A stretch of 64,000 bases of DNA, from NCBI GenBank assembly GCA_020628425.1, contig JAHDEZ010000003.1:25996-89995 (forward strand). Direction: 5' to 3'. The stretch comes from Hellea sp. (GTDB lineage Bacteria; Pseudomonadota; Alphaproteobacteria; Caulobacterales; Maricaulaceae). The notes under the pieces were generated by a model. It had not been told where the DNA came from. It did no database searches and saw only the letters and a list, made by a program, of their open reading frames with translations. Shown here one piece after another: positions 18,538 to 29,924 of this stretch (positions are counted from its first letter, which is position 1; each line of letters begins with the position of its first letter). The position numbers were made by a program, and so were the translations under genes.

Positions 18538-19454
18538 TTACGTCGCCTGTTTTGCTTGCCCGATTGCTTTACTGATTGTTTTCCTAATGAGTTAGCTGGC
18601 CATTTAGCTGGCTGTTTACTTGATGGCTTACCTCCGGACTGACGGGTTTTGTGCGGGGTTCTTTTCTTGAAATTTGCTTTTTTAGCTGTCTTTTGTACGG
18701 GTTCTGGGAAGTCAATCAAATGACCTAACTGATCTCTCAGTACTCGGGACTTGACCTCTTCCACCTTTCCTTTTTCCAGTTTGAGTAACTGAAAAGGCCC
18801 ATACGACAGGCGGATAAGCCGATTGACCTTCAATCCAATGGTCTCCAATGCACGTCGGACCTCCCGATTTTTGCCTTCTCGTATAGAGACCTGGATCCAG
18901 GCATTATCCCTTTGCTGACGTTCCAATACAGCTTCGATGGGACCTGAAGGAATGCCGTCGATAATTATACCGCCTCTGAGGCTATCGAGTGTTTCCTGGT
19001 CAACTTTTCCATATGCGCGAGCTCTGTATCGCCGAGAGAACCCCGTGGCAGGCAATTCGAGAGCGCGGGCCAGTTCTCCATCATTGGTCAGCAATAATAA
19101 TCCTTCTGAATTCATATCCAATCGTCCAACGGATATTACGCGAGGGAGTTCTTTTGGTAAGTTTTCAAAAACTGTAGGGCGCCCTTCAGGATCCTTATTC
19201 GTTGTTAGAAATCCGGTTGGTTTGTGATAACGCCATAAACGTGGCGGTTCCTTAAAAACAGGTTTGCCATCATGGGTTACTTTATCGTTGGGGCCTACTT
19301 TAAAAGCTGGTGTTGTCAACGTTTTGCCGTTGACCGATACCCGTCCGGCTTCGATCAGTTTCTCTGCTTCGCGGCGTGAGGCGATACCAGCACGCGCTAG
19401 ATATTTGGCGATACGTTCACCTTCGAAAGTTTTCTTTTTTTGCATATCCGTCAT
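18534..19454 (-). CDS. rluB: 23S rRNA pseudouridine synthase (RluB-like, RsuA family with S4 domain)
   Basis: S4 domain (RIAKYLARAGIASRREAEKLI), catalytic motif VGRLDMNSEGLLLLTNDG, and a Lys/Arg-rich C-terminal tail. The RluB versus RluF/RsuA subtype is assigned from architecture only. Confidence 0.7.
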   Translation of the reverse strand: MTDMQKKKTFEGERIAKYLARAGIASRREAEKLIEAGRVSVNGKTLTTPAFKVGPNDKVTHDGKPVFKEPPRLWRYHKPTGFLTTNKDPEGRPTVFENLPKELPRVISVGRLDMNSEGLLLLTNDGELARALELPATGFSRRYRARAYGKVDQETLDSLRGGIIIDGIPSGPIEAVLERQQRDNAWIQVSIREGKNREVRRALETIGLKVNRLIRLSYGPFQLLKLEKGKVEEVKSRVLRDQLGHLIDFPEPVQKTAKKANFKKRTPHKTRQSGGKPSSKQPAKWPANSLGKQSVKQSGKQNRRRK

Positions 19455-19491
19455 GACTTGACCCGGCTCACTTATACGTCAAACTGACATT

Positions 19492-19947
19492 ATGACCGAT
19501 GAAGATTACATGCGCGAAGCAATTCTTGAGGCCAAAGCAGCAGCTCGTCGCGGCGAGGTACCTGTTGGGGCCGTATTGGTCAATCCAAAGAGCGGTGAAA
19601 TTATCGGACGCGCAGGCAATGCCCCGATTGCTTTGGACGACCCAACTGCCCATGCTGAGATTTTGTGTTTGCGTGACGGAGGATACGAAACAGGAAATTA
19701 CAGGCTGTCAGGGCTTACGCTCTACGTGACCTTAGAGCCTTGTACAATGTGTGCGGGTGCAATTTCGCATGCGCGGATCGGGCGGGTAGTCTACGGGGCC
19801 GATGATGTTAAAGGCGGGGCTGTAAAAAATGGCATTCGTTTCTTTGAGCAAGCAACCTGTCATCACAAGCCATCTGTAAAAAAAGGCGTTTTATCAAAGA
19901 TATGCGGAGAATTACTTAAGTCGTTTTTCAAGGCTCGTCGCAAGTGA
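19492..19947 (+). CDS. tadA: tRNA adenosine(34) deaminase TadA
   Basis: 151 aa with the CDA zinc motifs HAE (TAHAEILC) and PCTMCAGA. Confidence 0.9.
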   Translation: MTDEDYMREAILEAKAAARRGEVPVGAVLVNPKSGEIIGRAGNAPIALDDPTAHAEILCLRDGGYETGNYRLSGLTLYVTLEPCTMCAGAISHARIGRVVYGADDVKGGAVKNGIRFFEQATCHHKPSVKKGVLSKICGELLKSFFKARRK

Positions 19948-20984
19948 GGCCAACACTCAGGGAATATGTTGCTTCGCAACCTTCCAAAATCCAATTTATG
20001 GACGGTCAAAATTGGGGATATGTTTTTGGTGCTTTAGGAGCTGTCCTGTTTTCGATGAAAGCGATATTCGTCAAACTGGCTTATCAGCCTGTTGATGGGA
20101 TGGTTGCAAATCAGGTGGACGCTATAACGCTCATGGCCCTCAGGCTTGGATTTTCAATGCCTGTATATCTCGGTATATTTTTATTCACTCTTTCAAAAAT
20201 AAGGAACGGAGGTGGAGAGCTGCCGCGACCTATCCATATGCTATTGGCCGGGCTATTGGGTATATTAGGCTATTACGTTTGTGCCTTCTTGGACATTCAG
20301 GGACTGAAATATGTCACAGCGCAATTAGAGCGCCTATTGCTGTTTACGTACCCTGTTTTTGTTCTTTTAATGAGTGTTATTTTCCTCGGGTATCGACCAA
20401 AATTGCTGTCTGTTTTATCCATATTTTTTGGATATGCAGGCATTCTGGTGATCTTCGCGCGCGGTGATATTACAATAGGCGAGAACCTTTGGCTTGGAAC
20501 GGTTATGATCCTTGCTTGCGCTATATTGTTTGCATGTTTTCAACTCTTTGCGAAACCATTGATTTCGCGATTAGGCAGTACCGTTTTCACCTGTTGTGCC
20601 ATGTTTATGGCGGGCGTCATTATATTCACGCACTTGATTACGCAGACTATATGGACAGGAGAAAGCGAATTTTCAAACCTACCAGGTCGGATATGGACAT
20701 TAGGTTTGATACTAGCGGTTTTTTCGACACTGATTCCTTCATTTCTCGTCAATATCGCAATAAACAGGATAGGTGCACAAGCTACTGCAACGCTGGGACT
20801 GCTCTCTCCGGTCGCTACCGTGTTTTTTGCGATTATATGGTTGGGTGAACCTTTTGGAATATACGACGCTCTTGGGACGGCCATGACCTTACTGGGAATT
20901 GGTTTTTACAGCTGGTATTCACGCCGTGAGCAACAAAGTTCTCAAGTTATACCGCCGAAGAACCCGACTGCTCTGAGTAAATAA
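19944..20984 (+). CDS. DMT-superfamily (EamA-like) permease
   Basis: About 10 predicted TM helices arranged as two EamA-like halves. The GTG start overlaps the tadA stop. An alternative ATG at 19998 cannot be excluded. Confidence 0.7.
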   Translation: MRPTLREYVASQPSKIQFMDGQNWGYVFGALGAVLFSMKAIFVKLAYQPVDGMVANQVDAITLMALRLGFSMPVYLGIFLFTLSKIRNGGGELPRPIHMLLAGLLGILGYYVCAFLDIQGLKYVTAQLERLLLFTYPVFVLLMSVIFLGYRPKLLSVLSIFFGYAGILVIFARGDITIGENLWLGTVMILACAILFACFQLFAKPLISRLGSTVFTCCAMFMAGVIIFTHLITQTIWTGESEFSNLPGRIWTLGLILAVFSTLIPSFLVNIAINRIGAQATATLGLLSPVATVFFAIIWLGEPFGIYDALGTAMTLLGIGFYSWYSRREQQSSQVIPPKNPTALSK

Positions 20985-21748
20985 TAAATCCCGATTATGG
21001 TGACGAGATATTTCGTATAGCTCTTGAAGTTAATGTCTGGAATGTGCCTCAGGATTCGAGTTCCAACAAATGTTCCCACGAACACACAAGGGACAACCGA
21101 AACAAAAAACCACCAGGCGGGGAGGTTTTTCAAGCTAGTCGTCGCCATTGTATCGGTCGCATAATAGACGGCCATCCCGTAATAGACGATCTTAACGATG
21201 TGAGAAAAAAACATTGTGATGGCTTTGGTGGCCACAATTTGCTGCCGCGTCATAGCTGTTTTTACGTAAAAGAAATCCAGAGCAGGGCCGGCAACGCCAG
21301 CTAATAGATTGAGCGCTATGACGACCGCCCCGCATATGACTGCGTGGGAGGGTTTCTCGGCGTCTCCTGTCAACCAACCACGTGGCAACCAAAGAAGGAA
21401 AGGCAGCAACCCCAAAGCAATGAATAAAAGCCGTTTGTTTGGGATAAAAGAAACGAATGCGAAAACAAGAATGACAGGCAGTGCCCCTATCAAGTGGTTT
21501 TGTAGCACATCCCATCGTATATCTTGTCGAAGAAAATATGCGCGTGACAGGTTTGATACACTTTGAACCGCACCATGAACGATCATGGACTCTGCCACAC
21601 CGAGGTAAAGCGTGACAACCGCCATGAAAATCATACCGCCGGCCATGCCAAATATACCGGATATGCAGCTCGTAATAGCTGCAGCCAGCAAAAATGTCAG
21701 AATTACAGGCACGGGTTGTAAGCGGTGTGAGTCGCGATAGAAGTCCAT
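20942..21748 (-). CDS. TauE/SafE-family (DUF81) anion exporter membrane protein
   Basis: Polytopic membrane protein with Gly-rich helices (ISGIFGMAGGMIFM) typical of the TauE/SafE family. I prefer the start at ATG 21748 (MDFYRDSHRL) over the track's 21853. The 3' end overlaps the convergent EamA gene by 43 nt. Confidence 0.65.
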   Translation of the reverse strand: MDFYRDSHRLQPVPVILTFLLAAAITSCISGIFGMAGGMIFMAVVTLYLGVAESMIVHGAVQSVSNLSRAYFLRQDIRWDVLQNHLIGALPVILVFAFVSFIPNKRLLFIALGLLPFLLWLPRGWLTGDAEKPSHAVICGAVVIALNLLAGVAGPALDFFYVKTAMTRQQIVATKAITMFFSHIVKIVYYGMAVYYATDTMATTSLKNLPAWWFFVSVVPCVFVGTFVGTRILRHIPDINFKSYTKYLVTIIGIYYLLRAVGFFGGIT

Positions 21749-21883
21749 CAGAAAATTTATCAAAATTTTCACTATAAGAACGGTTTGGAAGTAAAACTGT
21801 CTTTGTGCTCTTTGCGAATCTAAGTAAGCGTTAATCAATAAAACGAGTCGCACAGCGATATTTTAGGTGATTGGGAGGTTCAA

Positions 21884-23143
21884 ATGGGACTTTTTGGTAG
21901 AAATAAAGACGAGCGGGATTTTGACATCCTGACCTCTTATAAGGCGGAAGAGCCCATCAGGGCAGAAATTGAACCCAGAATAGACCCTGTCTTACCAGAT
22001 ATTGATGATCTGGATTATGCTCGAACGGCTATGGAGAACTTTGCAGATGAACTACGTGAGAGTGCAGCAAAGCAGCAATCAGCGATTAAGCGGATTTCGA
22101 CGCTCAATAGTGCAATTTCAAAAATGGAATTGGACCTCAAGGCGCTTCGTCGCGTCCAGGCCGACAACAAAGCATTGGGTAAAAATGTTGCTGAGTTGGA
22201 ATCGAAATTATCCCAAAAGACAAGCTGGGCGAATGAGCTGGACAGCAAACTAAGCGAATTAGAAAAACGGCATGCCGAAACTCGGTCACATCTAGAGGAG
22301 GCGAAAGCAACTTTAGCGGCGGCCCGAGACACCGAAAGTCAAATAACGGCACAGAATGCAAATCATGAGCGGACAATCCGTGCTCTTACCGCGAAGTTTC
22401 AAACAGCCGAAGACAAGATTAATCACAACGATAGTACAATTGATAAGATGCAGGACCGCCTGGATGGTCAAACTGCGGAGCTTGCCCAACGCGAACGGCA
22501 TATTGTTGAGTTGCGAAATACCCTTGAAGAACTCAATGAGAAATACGCTCACAAAGCTGCACATAGCGACCAAACAACCGTGGAACTGAAGAATTTGCGT
22601 GCTGACCACGCCGACTTACGTGGAAAGCATGTAGAAATGACGGGTCAATTGGAGAACGTGAAATACGATCTGTCGACCCAGAAAAATGTTTATGAAGACA
22701 CCATTAAACGCCGAGACGAAGAGAATATGGCGCTTAAGACCCGTATCGATCAGCTTGATACGCAAATTCGCATCAAAGAGAATATGGCCACACATCTGGA
22801 TCAGGAGTTTATCAGCCTTCGTAATGCTCTTGTCAATGAGCGTGACCGAGCCGAAAATCTCGAAGATCGTTTGCGTCAAAAGTCTGAGGAGTATGAGCGG
22901 TCAGCAAAGGCACTTTCCAAGTCCAAGAAAGAGTTCGAGAAGCTCAATGGTAAATTTGCCACGACGCTGGAAGACTTTGATACACTGCGTAAAATTAACC
23001 AACAAATGCGTGAAAAGCTTGAGAAATATGCTTCTATCACTGGCATCAGCTCCGGCCAATCCATCGTACAGTCAGAGATTTTCTCAACAGATAAAGCGGT
23101 TGATGAGAGCGAGAACATCACCCGGATTAAGAAAACAAGCTAA
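21884..23143 (+). CDS. Cytoplasmic all-coiled-coil protein (intermediate-filament-like architecture)
   Basis: 419 aa. A non-helical head of about 45 aa is followed by about 340 aa of uninterrupted heptad-rich, E/K/L/Q-rich sequence and a short tail. There is no TM segment or signal peptide. A GGAGG lies 6 nt upstream of the ATG. Confidence 0.7.
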   Translation: MGLFGRNKDERDFDILTSYKAEEPIRAEIEPRIDPVLPDIDDLDYARTAMENFADELRESAAKQQSAIKRISTLNSAISKMELDLKALRRVQADNKALGKNVAELESKLSQKTSWANELDSKLSELEKRHAETRSHLEEAKATLAAARDTESQITAQNANHERTIRALTAKFQTAEDKINHNDSTIDKMQDRLDGQTAELAQRERHIVELRNTLEELNEKYAHKAAHSDQTTVELKNLRADHADLRGKHVEMTGQLENVKYDLSTQKNVYEDTIKRRDEENMALKTRIDQLDTQIRIKENMATHLDQEFISLRNALVNERDRAENLEDRLRQKSEEYERSAKALSKSKKEFEKLNGKFATTLEDFDTLRKINQQMREKLEKYASITGISSGQSIVQSEIFSTDKAVDESENITRIKKTS

Positions 23144-23171
23144 AATAGTTTACTCACGTCCGAGTAAAAAA

Positions 23172-23210
23172 ATGCCCCGCCGGGTTAGTCCGAGCGGGGT
23201 CTTTTTTTTG
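23172..23210. terminator. Bidirectional rho-independent terminator (coiled-coil gene / tal)
   Basis: Stem gccccgc (23174-23180) pairs with gcggggt (23194-23200). An A-run precedes it and a T-run of 8 (23202-23209) follows. Confidence 0.7.
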
Positions 23211-23250
23211 TTCAAATAATTTTTTGGACCGGTCCATCTAGGGAGGCCGT

Positions 23251-23904
23251 TTACAAGATTGATTGCCCTGTTTTTTCCCAGTCCTTTAGGAATGCAGCAA
23301 GGCCTTTATCTGTAAGCGGATGGTTGGCTAAGTTTTTGATAACACCTGGCGGTGCGGTCATAACATCAGCGCCAATCAAAGCACAATCTTTAACGTGATT
23401 AACACTGCGAATAGAGGCCGCCAGGATTTCTGTCTCATATCCGTAATTGTCATAAATCACGCGGATATCTTCGATAAGTTGAAGGCCGTCCAGTGTGATG
23501 TCGTCCAGTCGCCCGATAAAAGGTGAGATAAAGGTTGCGCCGCATTTAGCAGCCAATAGAGCCTGATTAGGTGAAAAGCATAGTGTGACATTGGTTGGAA
23601 TGCCCACCTTGGAAAGGGCAGAACAGGCCTTTAAACCGTCCATGGTCAAAGGGAGCTTTACGCAAACATTCTCCGCGATTTTGCGAAGTTCCTTGCCTTC
23701 TGCAATCATGGCACCAGCTTCAGTGGCTGTAACCTCTGCGCTGACAGGTCCGTCAACCAGATTGCAGATTTCAGCGATTACTTCTTTAAAAACCCGTCCT
23801 GATTTCGCGATAATGGAAGGATTAGTTGTTACCCCGTCAACGAGGCCAATGTCATTCAGTTCTGCAATTTGTTCTAAATCTGCACTATCGACAAAAAATT
23901 TCAT
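23251..23904 (-). CDS. tal: Short-type transaldolase / fructose-6-phosphate aldolase
   Basis: [31 protein letters not shown] and the Schiff-base Lys context VCVKLPLT. About 217 aa from ATG 23904. The track's longer ORF (to 23979) would overlap priA. Confidence 0.9.
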   Translation of the reverse strand: MKFFVDSADLEQIAELNDIGLVDGVTTNPSIIAKSGRVFKEVIAEICNLVDGPVSAEVTATEAGAMIAEGKELRKIAENVCVKLPLTMDGLKACSALSKVGIPTNVTLCFSPNQALLAAKCGATFISPFIGRLDDITLDGLQLIEDIRVIYDNYGYETEILAASIRSVNHVKDCALIGADVMTAPPGVIKNLANHPLTDKGLAAFLKDWEKTGQSIL

Positions 23905-23960
23905 AATGTACTCCGAGAGTTCAGCTGAGTCGCCTTTAAGCCCGAAACCTAACACAGAAT

Positions 23961-26120
23961 ATGCCCGCGAAAAACGCACAAGTCCTGTTTCCAGTCAATG
24001 TAGATGGTCCTTTTGACTATCTCGTGCCTTTTGACGTGGATATCTCAGTGGGCAATTTTGTTTTTGCCCCCATTGGCCAGCAATTCAAATTGGGTGTTGT
24101 TTGGGACCTCGGGGTGGCAGAGGCTGGTCGAGAGCTTAAATCTATCGCTGAGAAGAAACACTGTCCGCGACTTCCCGGACATGTTTTGAAATTTGTCGAC
24201 TGGGTAGCAAAATATAATTGTGCGTCTCCGGGCATGGTGTTGCGTATGGTCTTAAGTGCGCGAAAGGCGCTCGACCCGAGTCCTGTAGTGACCCAATTCA
24301 CGCCCAAGTCTGAAATACAGCCCCGGATAACCCCATCGCGGCGGCTTATCCTCGACAGAGGGGGGCCGTTCCCAGCCCGGGCCAGCATCATTGCAGAGCG
24401 AGCCGGTGTCAGTGCGGGTGTGGTGCGCAGTTTCGCTGATGCGGGCGGATTAGTTACTGAAAGCCTGCCAGTGGATCAGCCATTCGGAGAGCCGGATCCG
24501 GAGCAGGCTGGTCTTGAATTGTCGCCAGGACAAATGGATGCAGCTAAAAAACTAAAGGAATATGTCCGGGCACCTGGTTTTTCTGTAACCTTGCTGGATG
24601 GGGTGACAGGGTCAGGCAAAACGGAGGTTTATTTTGAGGCCGTCGCTGAAGCTTTGCAATTAGGTCATCAGGCGCTGATCTTGGTGCCCGAAATTGCGCT
24701 AACACAAGCGGGGCTAAAACGCTTTGCCAAAAGATTTGGCGCGGAACCAGCCGCTTGGCATTCTCAATTGGGTGAGGCGGAACGGCGCCGGGTCTGGCGT
24801 GAAGTGATCAATGGTCGAGCGCGGCTCATCGTAGGCGCGCGCTCTTCGTTGTTTTTACCATTTCCCAAACTGGGCCTCATCGTCGTCGATGAAGAGCATG
24901 ACACCTCCTATAAACAAGAAGAAGGCGTCATCTATAATGCCCGCGATATGTCGGTCGTGCGGGCCAAGCTGACAGAAGCTAATGTCATCCTGGCGTCTGC
25001 TACGCCGTCACTCGAAAGTCTCGTAAATGCGCGGACGGGGCGGTATCATCACGTTGTCCTGCCCGAGCGCCCAGGTAGTATTACACTCCCCGAAGTGGAG
25101 TTGGTCGATCTTAAGGATAATGTGCCCGAGAAGGGCGACTATATTTCTGCGCCTCTCATTGAGGCCACTTCCGAGGTTTTGGAACGCGGCGAACAAGCTA
25201 TGCTCTATCTGAATCGCCGCGGCTATGCGCCACTCATCATCTGTCGAGCCTGCGGGGAAAAACTGAAAAGCCCGGATACAGATAGCTGGCTGGTCGAACA
25301 CAGGGAAACGGGACGTGCGATTTGTCATCATACGGGATTTTCCATGCGCATGCCAAAGGAATGCCCGAACTGCCACGCGGAAGACAGTCTCACCTCGGTT
25401 GGCCCCGGCGTCGAACGTGTGGCTGAGGAGGCTGCCCGGCATTTTCCTAACGCACGCATCGAAATTCTCTCATCTGACACATCCGGAAGCGCAGATAATA
25501 TTCTAGCTCGCATGCAGAGAATGGAGCGGGGCGAGATTGACATTCTGGTCGGCACGCAAATGGTTGTCAAAGGACATAACTTTCCGGGCCTGACTTTTGT
25601 AGGAGTCGTCGATGGTGATTTGAGTTTGGTAGGCGGTGACCCAAGAGCAGGTGAACGCACTTATCAGACTTTGGTGCAAGTAGCCGGACGGGCGGGACGC
25701 GCCCACAAACCGGGCAGGGCTTTAATACAGACTCACCAACCGGAGCACGAAGCCTTGTTGGCTTTGGCCGACGGCGACCGGGAACGCTTCATCTCAGCTG
25801 AACTTTCCATGCGCGAGATTTTAGGCTTACCGCCTTTCGGGCGTTTATCGGGGGTAATCGTGTCGGGCCCGGAACTTGCCATAACCGAGACCCTTGCCAA
25901 AAAATTCGTATCTCTCGCCCCTAAGGCAGTTGGCATAGAAATTCTGGGCCCGTCGGAACCTCCAATCGGGCGCCTTCGAGGTCGCTTTCGCCGACGCATC
26001 CTGGTTCAGGCAGAGCCATCAGTGAACCTGTCCGCCTATATGTCGAGCTGGCGTAAGCGCATAAAGCTGCCGTCTAAATACCGCCTGCATATCGATATTG
26101 ATCCGCAGAGTTTTATGTAA
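23961..26120 (+). CDS. priA: Primosomal replication-restart helicase PriA
   Basis: 719 aa. Walker [13 protein letters not shown] box (VVDEEHD), a Cys-rich insert and a C-terminal domain. The Cys-rich region is depleted (see findings). Confidence 0.9.
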   Translation: MPAKNAQVLFPVNVDGPFDYLVPFDVDISVGNFVFAPIGQQFKLGVVWDLGVAEAGRELKSIAEKKHCPRLPGHVLKFVDWVAKYNCASPGMVLRMVLSARKALDPSPVVTQFTPKSEIQPRITPSRRLILDRGGPFPARASIIAERAGVSAGVVRSFADAGGLVTESLPVDQPFGEPDPEQAGLELSPGQMDAAKKLKEYVRAPGFSVTLLDGVTGSGKTEVYFEAVAEALQLGHQALILVPEIALTQAGLKRFAKRFGAEPAAWHSQLGEAERRRVWREVINGRARLIVGARSSLFLPFPKLGLIVVDEEHDTSYKQEEGVIYNARDMSVVRAKLTEANVILASATPSLESLVNARTGRYHHVVLPERPGSITLPEVELVDLKDNVPEKGDYISAPLIEATSEVLERGEQAMLYLNRRGYAPLIICRACGEKLKSPDTDSWLVEHRETGRAICHHTGFSMRMPKECPNCHAEDSLTSVGPGVERVAEEAARHFPNARIEILSSDTSGSADNILARMQRMERGEIDILVGTQMVVKGHNFPGLTFVGVVDGDLSLVGGDPRAGERTYQTLVQVAGRAGRAHKPGRALIQTHQPEHEALLALADGDRERFISAELSMREILGLPPFGRLSGVIVSGPELAITETLAKKFVSLAPKAVGIEILGPSEPPIGRLRGRFRRRILVQAEPSVNLSAYMSSWRKRIKLPSKYRLHIDIDPQSFM

Positions 26121-26185
26121 GCTATGCGCCTTTGTCGGTTTAAATCTCATTTACCCTGCACTATATAAAATGTAAGAGAGCGCGT

Positions 26186-27610
26186 ATGGGCCAGCATAAC
26201 TATTCCTTCCGACCTGATCCCGAGTTTAATGACGGGGTGTTTAAGCCTTCCGCGCCGCGCCCTGTCGATGCAGATATGGAAAAGTGGTCCTTTGGTGACA
26301 ACATGGCTTTGATGCGGGCGTTAATCCGTAACCCAATCGAGACAACAGGCATTCTCTCCCGCTCGCAGGAATGCGTTCAGGGGAAACTATTTAATCAAGA
26401 GTTCTTTACGGTTGCCGGGCCGGACTTGATCAAATTTCTTTTTGTGCAAAATCACAATGCGCTAGCGATGAACCATATGCGTCAGCGAATTCTCCGTCCA
26501 CTTATCCGTAGCGGACTTGTTGCGGCCGAAGGTGAGCAGTGGAAACGCATTCGCCATCTCTTAACGCCCATGTTTACGCCGCGCCATATTCGCACCTTTA
26601 GTGAAGGCATGCGCGCGACTATGGAACGGGAAATTCCCAATAGTTTCAAACCGGGCGACGATATCCGGTTTACCCGCGTTATGCTGGATCTGACTTATCA
26701 GATTTTATCGGACGCGCTGTTTTCTGGCGAGATTGATGGCAACCGGGCAGCCCAGGTTAAGGATTTCGAACGGGTCTTGATGACGGCGGGGCGTCCAGAT
26801 CCCATGGATGTGCTGCGCATGCCGGATTTCCTGCCACGCCCGACCAAGCTGCAGGGCATAAGGGCCTTGAAGCGCATTTGGAACCGGGTCGGCGACGCGC
26901 AAAAGCAACGGAAAGCCCGTATGGATCGGGGCGAGTCTGTCCCAACAGATTTCCTGACCATGTTACTTGAAGCGGGGGATGACGAGCATGCCGAATTGAC
27001 GCCTGACGAAATTCAAGATCAGGCAGTGACCTTTATCGGGGCCGGACATGAAACGACCTCTCACGGCATCACCTGGTTGACCTATCTCCTTAGTCAGGAC
27101 CAATCAGCCCGTGAGAAGGTGGAAGCCGAGGTCGATGCGCTAGATATCGATAGTGTCCCGATAGATAAGTGGCCCGAGCATTTGCCTTGGACCATGGCGT
27201 GTTTTGATGAAGCCTTGCGGCTCTATCCGCCAGCGCCTTTTGTTTCGCGCGAACTCAAGGAGGATTTACCTTGGAAAGACCGTCAATTCAAAGCAGGGGA
27301 TCAGGTGCTGCTAAACCTCTGGGCGCTACATAGACATTATGAGCTCTGGGAAGACCCTGACAGCTTTGTACCGGGGCGTTTCGTGGGTGAAAATCGAAAG
27401 AAGATAAACCCGTTCCAATACCTGCCGTTCGGGATTGGTCCGAGAAACTGTATTGGGCAGCGCTTTGCCAAACAGGAAGCCGTAATCATGGCTGTACTCC
27501 TGTTTAAAAACTATCGGTTCGAGTATATTGGCAATGAGCCACCATGGCCGCGGATGCGCATAACCTTACAGGCAGAAAATTCTATGCCCATGCGGGTTTT
27601 GGCGCGTTAA
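26186..27610 (+). CDS. Cytochrome P450
   Basis: I-helix AGHETTS, the ExxR motif (EALRLYPP) and the haem-thiolate loop FGIGPRNCIGQRFA. No ferredoxin or reductase gene is adjacent. Confidence 0.9.
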   Translation: MGQHNYSFRPDPEFNDGVFKPSAPRPVDADMEKWSFGDNMALMRALIRNPIETTGILSRSQECVQGKLFNQEFFTVAGPDLIKFLFVQNHNALAMNHMRQRILRPLIRSGLVAAEGEQWKRIRHLLTPMFTPRHIRTFSEGMRATMEREIPNSFKPGDDIRFTRVMLDLTYQILSDALFSGEIDGNRAAQVKDFERVLMTAGRPDPMDVLRMPDFLPRPTKLQGIRALKRIWNRVGDAQKQRKARMDRGESVPTDFLTMLLEAGDDEHAELTPDEIQDQAVTFIGAGHETTSHGITWLTYLLSQDQSAREKVEAEVDALDIDSVPIDKWPEHLPWTMACFDEALRLYPPAPFVSRELKEDLPWKDRQFKAGDQVLLNLWALHRHYELWEDPDSFVPGRFVGENRKKINPFQYLPFGIGPRNCIGQRFAKQEAVIMAVLLFKNYRFEYIGNEPPWPRMRITLQAENSMPMRVLAR

Positions 27611-27808
27611 TTTTTACCATTAGTTAGGGCTAAAAAGCGGTGCTATTCTGTCGCAGGGGGCTACGGGTTCACTTATAAAAACAACCATGCTAACAGCCCG
27701 CTCGAGTCAGGGGTTTGACAGGTGATCTCTCAGGTCATTTAGACGCCCTATCAATCGGGTTTGAAAACATAATTTTGGACCCAAACGCGTTAAAACGGAT
27801 ACGGATTT

Positions 27809-28366
27809 GTGTCAGAATTAGACCTCATAACCGGCGAAGCCCCCGGACGTTATGCTCAGGCACTCTTGGAGCTGGCTGAAGATACCAAGTCCTTGAAATC
27901 AATAGAAAAAGACGTTTCCAAGCTCAAGAAGATATTCGCGGGAAGTGGACCTCTTCGTGATGCTTTGGCGAACCCGGTTTTTGCTACTGAAGACAAAGTT
28001 GCGGTAGTTCGAAATGTGGCCATGAAAGCCAAGGTGAGCAAATTAATGACCCAATTCGTCGGAACGGCTGCGCAGAATCGGCGTGCCGAAGAAATTCCGG
28101 CCATGTTCACAGCGTTTGAAAAAATGTTGGCATTGAAACGAGGCTCAGAGACTGCCAAGGTTGTTAGCGCTAAAAAGCTCACGGCTGCTGAGCTGACAAA
28201 AATCAAGTCTGAACTTAAGAAATCACTCGGCCGCACGGTCGATGTGGAAACATCTGTTGACCCGGCTCTTCTCGGCGGTTTTGTCGTGAAAATCGGATCC
28301 CAACTTTATGATAGCTCCCTCAAGACCAAGCTTGAGGATCTGAAATTAGCCCTGAAAGAGGTTTAA
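27809..28366 (+). CDS. atpH: F1Fo ATP synthase subunit delta (OSCP)
   Basis: 185 aa with a GTG start. It occupies the OSCP position immediately before atpA, and its C-terminus is LGGFVVKIGSQLYDSSLKTKL. Confidence 0.9.
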   Translation: MSELDLITGEAPGRYAQALLELAEDTKSLKSIEKDVSKLKKIFAGSGPLRDALANPVFATEDKVAVVRNVAMKAKVSKLMTQFVGTAAQNRRAEEIPAMFTAFEKMLALKRGSETAKVVSAKKLTAAELTKIKSELKKSLGRTVDVETSVDPALLGGFVVKIGSQLYDSSLKTKLEDLKLALKEV

Positions 28367-29902
<1,536 letters not shown>

Positions 29903-29924
29903 ATAGCGGGATAGGAGAACGGCA

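Noticed and set aside
20942-20984. The 3' ends of convergent genes overlap: EamA/TauE by 43 nt, 33663-33674 by 12 nt, and 42580-42590 by 11 nt.
   Set aside because: Short convergent overlaps are common in compact genomes. Nothing in the sequence suggests antisense regulation beyond that.
22686-23219. A 177-aa plus-strand ORF lies in an alternative frame of the coiled-coil gene.
   Set aside because: It lies wholly within, or trails, the 419-aa coiled-coil ORF, which has a GGAGG RBS and coherent heptad composition. The alternative frame is Ser/Arg/Lys-rich noise.
23905-23979. The ORF track suggests N-terminal extensions for tal (to 23979), GNAT (to 55477), the porin (from 35286), pstS (from 36454), TauE (to 21853) and M28 (to 12085).
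   Set aside because: Each extension would overlap a neighbouring gene or add non-conserved residues before an obvious family N-terminus or signal peptide. Internal ATGs with better context were chosen instead.
27611-27808. The 198-nt spacer upstream of atpH was inspected for a tRNA, riboswitch or strong promoter.
   Set aside because: There is no cloverleaf-compatible sequence and no recognisable riboswitch core. Only a weak TTGACA-N17-TTTAGA candidate is present, too weak to report as a feature.
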